A DNA stretch of 63,452 bases, the filler included, from Stramenopiles sp. TOSAG23-2 (lineage: Eukaryota): NCBI GenBank assembly GCA_900128395.1. It is 14 parts of 14 records of this genome, joined end to end, with 100 filler letters (N's around TTAATTAATTAA, not from the genome) between each part and the next. Parts side by side here need not be neighbours in the genome. Positions count along the whole stretch, not along the records: positions 31,856 to 36,295 come from LT650897.1; positions 36,396 to 40,828 come from LT650898.1; positions 40,929 to 45,359 come from LT650899.1; positions 45,460 to 49,886 come from LT650900.1; 10 more parts are not named here. The stretch is one strand, 5' to 3'. Of the stretch, positions 35,736-45,511 are shown piece by piece. The notes under the pieces are model-generated. The model saw only the letters and a program-made list of their open reading frames with translations. It was not told the DNA's origin and did no database searches. The position numbers and the translations under genes are program-made. Each line of letters starts with the position of its first letter. Positions within the stretch are counted from its first letter, which is position 1.

Positions 35736-35819
35736 TCCGAATGAGTAGGAGGGTAATTCTTTGAGTCGTCAGAGCAGTATGATGTAGCTACGATAGAATA
35801 CCAAATAAGTTATCGTCAT
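35736..35819 (-). ncRNA. Box C/D snoRNA with variant boxes, guide to LSU AUGAGUAGGAGGG
   Basis: Box C AUGACGA, D' CUGA, D CGGA; 13-nt antisense CCCUCCUACUCAU next to box D. Confidence 0.62.
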
Positions 35820-36013
35820 TGTTTTTTTTTCTTTTCTTCTTTTCTTCTTTTTGTTGTGTTTTGTATACACCATTTTTGGGAAAGTTTTTTTTATCAATGA
35901 AGTTGTTGTGTGTGTGTGTACGTTTGTATATATATATAGGTTCAACGTTTGTTTTTGCTTTTGTTTACTACAACGATTAATATATATATATATATATATA
36001 TGTACATATTTTC

Positions 36014-36143
36014 TCTGAATAAAATATGGTATGTTTTTCTACACGGATACATCTAAATAGTTGGATATCTCCACAAAATTTGTTGTACTTGAAGGATTCT
36101 AAACTTCGTTAAGAGGGGTGCATGGCGTGCAATTTATCATCAT
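36014..36143 (-). ncRNA. Box C/D snoRNA candidate, guide to SSU GGUGCAUGGC
   Basis: Box C AUGAUGA at 36137-36143; 10-nt antisense GCCAUGCACC (36117-36126); box D uncertain (CAGA at 36014-36017), so the 3' end is tentative. Confidence 0.45.
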
Positions 36144-36206
36144 CGAAAAAAGATATATATATATATATACATATGTAAATCCATTGTAGTAAACGTATGC
36201 AAGTGA

Positions 36207-36295
36207 TTGGGGGAGAATATAGAGAATTTGGATGTAGCGCTCCCAAGTGTAAATATATGGACGGAATACGGAATACGGAATACGGAATACGGAAT
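36207..36295 (-). repeat. Right inverted-repeat arm: 55-nt unique segment plus ~5 x CGGAATA, cut by contig end
   Basis: Reverse complement of the 32185-32288 arm. Confidence 0.93.
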
Positions 36296-36473
36296 NNNNN
36301 NNNNNNNNNNNNNNNNNNNNNNNNNNNNNNNNNNNNNNNTTAATTAATTAANNNNNNNNNNNNNNNNNNNNNNNNNNNNNNNNNNNNNNNNNNNNAGAAA
36401 ATACACAAATATAAAACACAAATAACACATCTTCTCTTTCTATACATTTTTCCACATTTTCCTCCTTTTTTCT

Positions 36474-36920
36474 CTACAAATATTTCTTCTTAATATGATC
36501 ACCATTTTTATCATTATTATAATATCGTATTAATTCATTAATATCTCTTCGTTTAATTTTTATTTTCAAACCTACATTAATAATATCATCAGCAACTTGT
36601 TCTTTTTCATCACGTGAAGTAAATGATGAATCATCATCTCTTTCTTCGTCTTCTTCTACTACATTAGGAGGCGGGGAGGAAATTGATTTTTTCAAATAAT
36701 TCTTATTATTTTTTTTCTCATTTTTTCCATCTGATACTTTTAATGGTATTGATCGAAACAATGTCATAATTTGTTCAAAATTAGAATTTATAAATTCATG
36801 TTGAAAATATTTTAATAATGCTAATGCAATACGATAGAAAACTTTCCAATGTTTTTCATGTAAAAAAATATCCCATACACGTACTACAAAATTAAATGGA
36901 AATGAACGTGTATAAAATGT
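36474..36920 (-). CDS. Rab-GAP TBC domain protein, C-terminal fragment
   Basis: Frame extends upstream of the listed ORF: FYTRSFPFNFVVRVWDIFLHEKHWKVFYRIALALLK. The 5' part is lost at an inverted chimeric junction. Confidence 0.8.
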   Translation of the reverse strand, partial: TFYTRSFPFNFVVRVWDIFLHEKHWKVFYRIALALLKYFQHEFINSNFEQIMTLFRSIPLKVSDGKNEKKNNKNYLKKSISSPPPNVVEEDEERDDDSSFTSRDEKEQVADDIINVGLKIKIKRRDINELIRYYNNDKNGDHIKKKYL

Positions 36921-37894
36921 ATAGAAAGAGAAGATGTGTTATTTGTGTTTTATATTTGTGTATTTTCTAGAAGAGAGTGCATGATGCGTGTAGTGTGGAG
37001 TGTGGAGAGACTTTGAGACTTTGAAGTGTATAGATGTATATAGATGTTGTTGTTGCCACACATCATATGCATATATTCAATATATGCCTTCGCCAAGTTT
37101 TTGTTTTAAAAAAAGGCTGTAAAAATATGCTTATTTTCAATCCATTTAAGTAGTCTAATATACTGTTAAGTATAGTTTTGCTAAGTTTATATTTTTACCA
37201 TTTTTACGATTTTATAATATTTAATACATATGTAGTAATGATATTAGACGTTATTTTATACATGATATTATGATATTTATATCCGATGTTGATATTTTGA
37301 TAGGGGTTCTAAAATTTAGAAAATCCAAAATTTTCAATCTTGGAATTAGAATTCAATACTATTCCAATGCTAAATAGGAATTACAATGCTATTTGTATCG
37401 TAAAACTAAGATTACCTATCAAATGACACATAATATGTACTTGAAAGGGATTTTTCAATACGAAAATACTCGTGATTTTCGCACCACCCATTTGGCGCAA
37501 TTTTTATTTTTGTAAATCAATTTGTTAATTTCTGAATAATAAATCGAGTCAGTTCATTATACAATAATTAGTATATCTATATATAGTCCATTTACTAAAT
37601 ATGTCCTATTATGTATGATATACGGAGGTTAGTATTGTATTCCCACTCGATTCATTTAATGTACACACATGATTGAAAATTGAATGATAAACATATATAT
37701 ATATATACATGTATTGATGCATAGATATACAAAGATAGACAGACAGACACATCAATTAAGAAGAAAACAACAAGAGAATTAAAGACTATATCATTATATA
37801 TATATATATATAATCATATTTATATTATCAATTATTCGATTAATACGTACTACATATATATATATAACATAAATATATATATATATTCAAAACC

Positions 37895-40255
37895 ATGGCA
37901 ACAATAACCGAAGATGTGACATTATTATCTTCAGGGGAAGAAGAAAATTTACAACATTTTCATTATCCATTAAAAATGATGCGACAAAAATATGAATTTT
38001 ATACCAAAAATCCACAACAACAACCAGATTCAACACACACGGCAAATGGTAATAACACTGCCAACATGAACCCTGAACAAATATTACTCAATCGACGTCG
38101 TCGTCAGCAACAACAACAACAACAAACGGATTGGGGTGTATCTGAATATTATTGCAATATATTAAACAACAATACCAACAATCAAAAAATATTACAATCC
38201 ATACCAATTTTAACTAAAAAAGGTATTGAACAAGGCATTTATAAATCAGGTAGTTTAGTTAGATACCGTGGTATGATACAAGATGTATTTGATCCAGAAT
38301 ATTATGTTGGCATGACAAATGGTATACATAAGCAAACGATGAAAGAACAATTACTTCCAACGAAATATATGGATGTATTATCTTTACCAAGTGAATATGA
38401 AATGAGTGAAACAAATAATGATTATCGTAATATATCCAATACAATGTCACGTTTACCATTGTTTGTCATACCAACACCTGGTGAATCAAAATGGGTACAA
38501 AAACAATATGATGACAATATTTCATCTACATCTACGGCGAAACAAACAACAATTGTTGGAACAACAGGAACACCATCAAGTGCAAAAAAACGTTCCTTAC
38601 AACAAACTACTTCTTCATCTACCATGATGATGATGGATCTCGAAAGCAATAATAATAATAATAATAATAATACATCTTTATTAAAAAAAAATAAAGTTAT
38701 ACAACAAGTACCAACCGCAACCACTACAACAACAAACAATAAAATGGACGAAGATACCAACACCAACGACACAAAACAAAAAGAGGAAGATAATGCAGTG
38801 AAAGAAAAAACAACCTTAGAATACGATGAAATTTTTCCATTACCATTAAATCAAGAAGAAATGAATACAGCTGTACCATGTTTAGTAAAAATTTATGATT
38901 GTGATGGTGGTAATGCTACAAGTGCATTTAAAGTAAATACATTGATGGAATTTATTGGTGTATATAGTGTTGATCCTGTAATCAATCATCTTGGTACATC
39001 ATCATCATTAGCAGAAGACGGAGGAAATACGATGGTAAATATGGAATTAAAAGAAGAATTAGATTTTGAAAACGAAATCAAAGCACGTAATCCACCAAGT
39101 AGTATTGTTCCACGTTTACATTGTATTTGTTACAAACCATTAACTTGTAATCAATATACATTATATGATCAATCTACATTTAACGTTGATGAACAAAGCA
39201 AATATACATCTATACCATTACGTAATTCTAGTAAAGATGAGAAAAGTAATAAAGATGAAAAAAAACAGGAAGAGGATTCAAATACAAAAGTAAAAAAATC
39301 AAAGAATTCATTAGGATTTGAAAAAATGACAGTATTAAATAACAATAATACCAATATTCAAACGATACGTGGAACCATTATTAATTTACTTACCATTGCA
39401 TTAGGTGGTGATGCATTTGTAGCAGAATATGTTTTATTACATATCTTATCCATGATACGTGGTCGGGAACCTGGATTAACGATTGGTACATTTAGTTTAA
39501 ATATCATGCGAATGACAAATTATCAATATTTAAATCAAGTATTGAAATTATTATTACCACGTGTTGCATATGTACCATTAGGAATTGAAGATTTAAATAA
39601 AAAAAGATTTGTACCACGTAAAAATTATGAAATGAATCGTTTGATTACTGGGCCATTGCAAGTATTAGATCATACATATATCATATGCGATGAGACAAAG
39701 ATGAATGCTGGTAAATTAAATGATACAGGTTGTAGAAATTTACAAGCATTGCAACAATTATCGAATGAAGGTGTGGTGAAATATGATTTTCAATACCATG
39801 AAATGGAATTCAATGTCGATACACCATTGTTAATATTATCAAATCATAAATCGATGGTTAAAACGACATATAATATACCATTAAATCAATTATATCCAAT
39901 TAATAAAGAAAATGTAGAAGTAAAATTAAATGATGAATTAAAGAAAATACCATCTGTTTTATTAACAAAATGTCGTGATTTCTTATTAAATGGACGTTAC
40001 AGTGGATTCACGATACCAAAGACACTTGGACCAATGATTGAAACTCATTTCGTTAATGAACGTAAATTAAAACCAAAAGAAGTGACTGGTTTATCAATGC
40101 ATTTATGGTTATCACATGCAAGATTATTATCAATTAGCCATGGTGAAATGGTATTAAACGAAGAGATGTGGGAGAAATCGACGGAAATGGATAGAAAACG
40201 TACAAAACGGTTTGATGATTTTTCAAAGACACAAAATGCAACGATGACGAATTGA
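37895..40255 (+). CDS. MCMBP: Mini-chromosome maintenance complex-binding protein
   Basis: LVRYRGMIQDVFDPEYY, PTPGESKW, CLVKIYD, PPSSIVPRLH, LGGDAFVAEYVLLH, PRKNYEMNRL and DETKMNAGKL motifs. Confidence 0.93.
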   Translation: MATITEDVTLLSSGEEENLQHFHYPLKMMRQKYEFYTKNPQQQPDSTHTANGNNTANMNPEQILLNRRRRQQQQQQQTDWGVSEYYCNILNNNTNNQKILQSIPILTKKGIEQGIYKSGSLVRYRGMIQDVFDPEYYVGMTNGIHKQTMKEQLLPTKYMDVLSLPSEYEMSETNNDYRNISNTMSRLPLFVIPTPGESKWVQKQYDDNISSTSTAKQTTIVGTTGTPSSAKKRSLQQTTSSSTMMMMDLESNNNNNNNNTSLLKKNKVIQQVPTATTTTTNNKMDEDTNTNDTKQKEEDNAVKEKTTLEYDEIFPLPLNQEEMNTAVPCLVKIYDCDGGNATSAFKVNTLMEFIGVYSVDPVINHLGTSSSLAEDGGNTMVNMELKEELDFENEIKARNPPSSIVPRLHCICYKPLTCNQYTLYDQSTFNVDEQSKYTSIPLRNSSKDEKSNKDEKKQEEDSNTKVKKSKNSLGFEKMTVLNNNNTNIQTIRGTIINLLTIALGGDAFVAEYVLLHILSMIRGREPGLTIGTFSLNIMRMTNYQYLNQVLKLLLPRVAYVPLGIEDLNKKRFVPRKNYEMNRLITGPLQVLDHTYIICDETKMNAGKLNDTGCRNLQALQQLSNEGVVKYDFQYHEMEFNVDTPLLILSNHKSMVKTTYNIPLNQLYPINKENVEVKLNDELKKIPSVLLTKCRDFLLNGRYSGFTIPKTLGPMIETHFVNERKLKPKEVTGLSMHLWLSHARLLSISHGEMVLNEEMWEKSTEMDRKRTKRFDDFSKTQNATMTN

Positions 40256-41256
40256 ATGTATTTTTGTTTCTGTAAAAAATTGTTTTAATAATATATTGTA
40301 TACTGTCCTGTAGGGATGTGAAGTGATTAAATATATATATTCGTATATGTTTTTACATATGATATTACGATTTATTATTATATATTTATTCACAAATGTT
40401 AAATGTGTGTTCTAAAAGGAAGTGGTGCCACACTCCCTCGTAGTGTAGGTGTCCTTCTCTCTCTCTCATTGGTCTTCATGTCCCATGTCTCTTTCTTTCT
40501 GTTCACTGGCACCCTGACACCTATTGTTCACTTTTCTCGCTTTTTCTGTTCTCTCTTTCTCTATCGGCTTCCCTTATTTATATCTCTATCTTTCTTTTGT
40601 TGACTTTGTTGACTTTTTTGAACTGTTTTTTTGAATGTTTTTTGTTTTTTGAAATTTAGAAGAATGAATTAAAATATTTATGACATATATGAATATAGAC
40701 AGAAATATATAGAAAAATATTTGTGAAGAAATATATATATATATATATATAGTACAACATATCAACAACAACAACATGGCATCATTAACTATTAACCCAC
40801 CACCTGCAAAAAGACTGAAGACATTAGCNNNNNNNNNNNNNNNNNNNNNNNNNNNNNNNNNNNNNNNNNNNNTTAATTAATTAANNNNNNNNNNNNNNNN
40901 NNNNNNNNNNNNNNNNNNNNNNNNNNNNAGTGTTAAGTGTACAGGATTTGCATGTTTTTTTTATTATTACTATTTATATTATTACATCTCTCAAAACGAC
41001 TACGACTGTGGCACTGCATTTCTTACAAAATTTCAAAAAATATATTTGAAATTATAATTGCAATGGAGATACAAATACATATACATATATATATATTATA
41101 TACATTTTATATTGTTCCTGTTTGTTTTACTACAATACGTTTACATATTGCAATTAGTAAAAAGGATATTTTATTGGTAGATAGAAATATATTTTTTTTT
41201 GTTAATAAAAATACATTTTATTTGGGTTTTTTTTTTATTATTTTAAAACAATCATC

Positions 41257-42255
41257 ATGCCATCAAAAGAAAATTTTGAACTAGCAAAATATTGGTTTGT
41301 TGGATTGCTTATAGCGTCAATATCCATGACGGTTGGTAATAAATACGTAGCAGCACATTATCCATATCCAAACTGTATGATATTTTTTCAAAATAGTTGT
41401 GCAATTATCAATCTTCTTATTGGTGAGAAAGTAGGTGTATTTAAATTTAAACCAATGAATATGTCGCAATTTCTTCAAAATGCTGTGCCTTCATTATTTT
41501 TATCTTTACAAATTATGGCAAGTTTGAAAGCTTTGCCATATGTTGCAATAGCAACAACAGTGGTATTTCGTAATTTAGCAACTTGCAGTGTAGCTATAGC
41601 GGAAAAAATAGTGTTGGGCAAAACATTTGGACAAACACAAATGCATGGATTATACATCATTGTACTTGGTGGGATTATATATGCATATCAAGATATTACC
41701 TTTGATGCTTATGGTTATTTTTGGTTAACTTTTAATTGTTTAATTTATACAGCAAGTTCGATTTATACGAAAAAAATTGTTGTAGGTATTGATCAAACAT
41801 CTGAAGGTAAATCACTTCAAATACAAACAGGATCCTTGCCATTCATTTTAATGTATGCTATTTTATTTAATGAACTACCAAACGGACTTACGGGGGTATT
41901 TGATATGTCAGTTTTACCAACGATGGTATTTCTATTTCTAGGATTTATGGGTACATTAATAGCATTAAGTTATATGAATTTATATACATATGTGAGTGCA
42001 ACAAGTGTTGCGGTTGCAAGTAATGTGAATAAAGTAATTAGTATTTTCCTTGCATGGTTTGTATTTCGAAAAATATTGTCTGTTATGCAAATATTTGGTT
42101 TAATCATATCCATTAGTGGTGGTTTGTATTATGCGTTAGAAACAGGTAAATTAAAGAGAAAAGAGAAAGATACAGCAAAAGTTTCTAATGGTAAAGATTA
42201 CAGTGATACGCAACTTTTAAATCCAACTGAAAATAAATCAAAACCAAATGTTTAA
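41257..42255 (+). CDS. Golgi nucleotide-sugar transporter (GDP-sugar, VRG4/GONST-like)
   Basis: About 10 TM segments; SISMTVGNK, TTVVFRNL, FDAYGYFW and SATSVAVASNVNK motifs. Confidence 0.85.
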   Translation: MPSKENFELAKYWFVGLLIASISMTVGNKYVAAHYPYPNCMIFFQNSCAIINLLIGEKVGVFKFKPMNMSQFLQNAVPSLFLSLQIMASLKALPYVAIATTVVFRNLATCSVAIAEKIVLGKTFGQTQMHGLYIIVLGGIIYAYQDITFDAYGYFWLTFNCLIYTASSIYTKKIVVGIDQTSEGKSLQIQTGSLPFILMYAILFNELPNGLTGVFDMSVLPTMVFLFLGFMGTLIALSYMNLYTYVSATSVAVASNVNKVISIFLAWFVFRKILSVMQIFGLIISISGGLYYALETGKLKRKEKDTAKVSNGKDYSDTQLLNPTENKSKPNV

Positions 42256-42548
42256 AATCATAATCTATATATATATATCATAATATGATACAGGGGAGAG
42301 AGAGAGTTAAAAAATATTTTTATTACACTCCAACTAATGAATATATTTTATCTTGTATTTTTACTCCTGTTTTTTAAACAATCCTTGTATTTACACTACT
42401 GGCGCAAGTGGATCCCGCTGGCCAAACATATTGGAAAATAAAAATACAAATACTCCGCGTTGTCTCCTCATAAGAAAATATGATATGTTATTTTTTTTAT
42501 ATGAATAATATAAAAATTAATGATTGGTAATGTGATATCGCACATTTA

Positions 42549-43088
42549 TTAAGAATAAAAGTTAATAACATCATCAGGTGCTTGTACTAATTCAATTAAA
42601 ACACCTTCACCGCATATTGGAAATTCATCATTGCCTTTTGGGTGTATAAAGGTCACCTCATGGCCAGATGCACCTTTTCTGACACCACCTGGTGTAAAAC
42701 GGCAACCTTTTGAAGTCAATTCATCAACAGCTGCATGAATATCATCAACCCATAATCCAATATGATTCAACGGTGGTGAATTAACTTTTGGACTTTTTTC
42801 TGGATCTAATGGTTGCATAATATCCACTTCTACGCTGGTTGGTCCACTACCTAATGATAAAATATCTTCATCCACATTTTCCTTTTCACTTTTGTACGTT
42901 CCTACTTTATCTAATCCAAGCGTATCGATCCATAAATTTCCTAATTTTTCTTTTGATAATCCACCAACCGCAATTTGTTGCAAACCTAATACACGAAAAT
43001 TATCCCCAGAACGTTTCATTGTCGTTGTATAATGTCGTAATGATATTGCCATTACTTGTCGTTTTGTTGCATTCATTAAAGTATTCAT
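42549..43088 (-). CDS. VOC-superfamily enzyme (methylmalonyl-CoA epimerase-like) with probable mitochondrial presequence
   Basis: [30 protein letters not shown] and GVLIELVQ motifs; basic, acid-free N-terminus. Confidence 0.82.
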   Translation of the reverse strand: MNTLMNATKRQVMAISLRHYTTTMKRSGDNFRVLGLQQIAVGGLSKEKLGNLWIDTLGLDKVGTYKSEKENVDEDILSLGSGPTSVEVDIMQPLDPEKSPKVNSPPLNHIGLWVDDIHAAVDELTSKGCRFTPGGVRKGASGHEVTFIHPKGNDEFPICGEGVLIELVQAPDDVINFYS

Positions 43089-43560
43089 TGTTGTCGTTTA
43101 TATGTGCTAACTGTACTTCACCGATAAATAAATATATATACAGAGAGAGAGCGAGAGAGTGTTAAAAAATCTTCTTTTTGTCTTTTTTTTTTCTTTTAGA
43201 ACACTCTTCACGTATCATTTACATTATACAGATTCTATGTATTGGACAAATCTATTTTTGTGGATTTTTCGATTTTCATTTACCTTTCGTAGTATACTTT
43301 TATATAGGATAAAATTCAATTAGTACAAGTTATTTTTTAGCACCATTTAGCATTAGCATTCGGACTCCTGTGGCATTTTGTCCATTGCACCATTATTGGT
43401 GCCATTGTCGTCCGCACGTCCGCGTCTTTCAAGGAAAAACAGCAAAACAGCGTCTTTTTTTTTTTCTTCTTTTTTCTTTTTCATTGAAATTTACGACAAC
43501 AACACGTTGTATTACAATGTTACGTTTTTATTATGCACACACATATATATATATAATAGG

Positions 43561-44028
43561 ACAACTTGATTCTAAGTGCCATATATATATATAGAAACAT
43601 ATAATAGAACAAACTGATTCTAAGTGCCGTATATATATATATAACAGAACAAATTGATTCTAAGTGCCATATATATATATAAAGACCTGATAATGTTATT
43701 TTTATTCATATCAACAATAGCATATTGTGTTTTTTTCTTGTTGTTATTCGTTGTTCTGCGTTTCGATAATGGTATACTATTACATATTGCAAACAAGAGT
43801 ATCATGTACATAATATAACTTTGTATATAATTCATCATTGTCGTTTCTATGTATATATGAGTTAATAAATCTTACAGTATATACAGGCCTCCCCCAATCG
43901 TTTCGTTGTATTGTTATTGCTTTGTTTTTGATTCTCGTTTCTATGTATATATGAGTTAATAAATCATACAGTATATACAGAGCTCCCCCAATCGTTTCGT
44001 TGTATTGTTATTGTTTTGTTTTTGATTC
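43561..44028. repeat. Local repeats: 3 x TGATTCTAAGTGCC+(TA)n and a 94-bp imperfect tandem duplication
   Basis: Copies at ~43567, 43615 and 43655; duplication units start at 43841 and 43935. Confidence 0.8.
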
Positions 44029-44649
44029 GATTATTTTCTAACTTTGCATTTTGTATTTTCACATTTGTAAATTCATTTTAAGTGTGTATTAATAATATTT
44101 GTGTTAATCCCCCCTCACTTTTGATGAAGAAAGGGACTCTCGTCTGAGAGATGATTTCCCAGCAGAAGAAAAGTGCACAAATATCGGGGGGTTCCTATCA
44201 AAAATGGCACATAATATTATTCTAATTATATACTTGAACGAGGATTATCACCAACTCGATGCAAAAAACCTTAAATATATTTAGTATATAAATAGCACTT
44301 ATGTGGCATCATTCCGTAATAAAGTCAATAAAAAAAAAGAACTGGCCATTAGCCAAGGCACATAGGTAATTTTTTATACTTGAAAGTGAAATTAGAATAT
44401 CAAAAATCGATTTCGTCTTCAAAAACCGTTTTACTTACTAAAAGAACTTTAGTATTATACAACAAAAAGCACAACAAAATGCGCACTTTTTATTATTGAA
44501 AGTCACATACATACAATTACGACTCTGGGTGTGTGTTAACAAGATTTGTTAAATATAGATCAACATTCTCGAAATCAATTAATAACTTAGTTTGGGGGGA
44601 AAAAGTAAATACTGCTGTAGTTGTTTGACGTTTAGCAAAAAATAATTTC

Positions 44650-45075
44650 TTAAATCGTCGTGTGTATTATACGATTTCTATTTAATGCACGTTTCCATAC
44701 TCCTGATGGCAAATCTCGTTTATCAATTTTTGTTGCAAATTTAATTGTCATAGGACGTAATGTATTTTTAATCGTTTCTAAACATTCTTGAAATGGTTTT
44801 AATGTTAAATCTACATCATTGACAGATAATAATTGCATATATCGTTTTATTTTACCAGTTGCTTGAGCTTGCCCTATTCTTCCATCTTTATTTAAATGAA
44901 ATTTACGTACCATGGCACCATTTTTCACTGCACGTCGATTTCGTATTTCCATACCAATAAAACCGTCTTCAAATATTATTGTAAAAAAAGAGGGAGGAGA
45001 AGAAGAAGAAGGTGGTGGTGGTGATGATGTTTTGATGCTTTGATTTGTATTTACATTGGTCATTTCATAGGCCAT
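44650..45075 (-). CDS. PDZ-domain protein or exon
   Basis: IIFEDGFIGMEI...GQAQATGKIKRYMQLLSVNDVDL...IKNTLRPMTIKF fits the PDZ pattern. Confidence 0.65.
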   Translation of the reverse strand: MAYEMTNVNTNQSIKTSSPPPPSSSSPPSFFTIIFEDGFIGMEIRNRRAVKNGAMVRKFHLNKDGRIGQAQATGKIKRYMQLLSVNDVDLTLKPFQECLETIKNTLRPMTIKFATKIDKRDLPSGVWKRALNRNRIIHTTI

Positions 45076-45511
45076 GATTTCAATAGGCGTATTTTACGAT
45101 TCATATATGCATGTACTGTATGTACCTGTCGTCTGATTTATCAATCTATATATTATTGAAGTTATCTTGTACATCTTTTATCTTCGGACATATTTTTATA
45201 GAATATTTAACTGATACATGTCGTAAATCTAGGCTAAATTTTTACCTCAAAACGATCAGATGGTTCTTCAGGGAAATTTTCCATCAAATTTCATCATTTT
45301 CAACATTTTCAACCTAAATTCTATTAATTCATAGTTTTGATGATGGATTTTTCAGTTTANNNNNNNNNNNNNNNNNNNNNNNNNNNNNNNNNNNNNNNNN
45401 NNNTTAATTAATTAANNNNNNNNNNNNNNNNNNNNNNNNNNNNNNNNNNNNNNNNNNNNGTGTTACTCTTGTAGTATATGATATTAAAAATTATTACGAA
45501 GAAATTTTAAC

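Larger units (their letters stand above)
32496..36143 (-). ncRNA. snoRNA cluster / putative spliced non-coding host transcript
   Basis: No credible ORF. All snoRNA boxes lie on the minus strand. Minus-strand GTAAG donors (~33128, 33298, 33337, 33895, 34235) and ACTAAC branch points (~32420, 33000, 33416, 33962, 34359) are interspersed. Confidence 0.8.

Noticed and set aside
36396-36968. ~54-nt perfect inverted repeat flanking the TBC fragment
   Set aside because: It truncates the gene mid-domain and copies the gene's own 3' flank at a contig end; typical amplification or assembly inversion chimera.
43561-43680. Three TGATTCTAAGTGCC repeats as a possible CRISPR array
   Set aside because: Repeats are too short, spacers are (TA)n and mutually similar, no cas genes, eukaryotic context.
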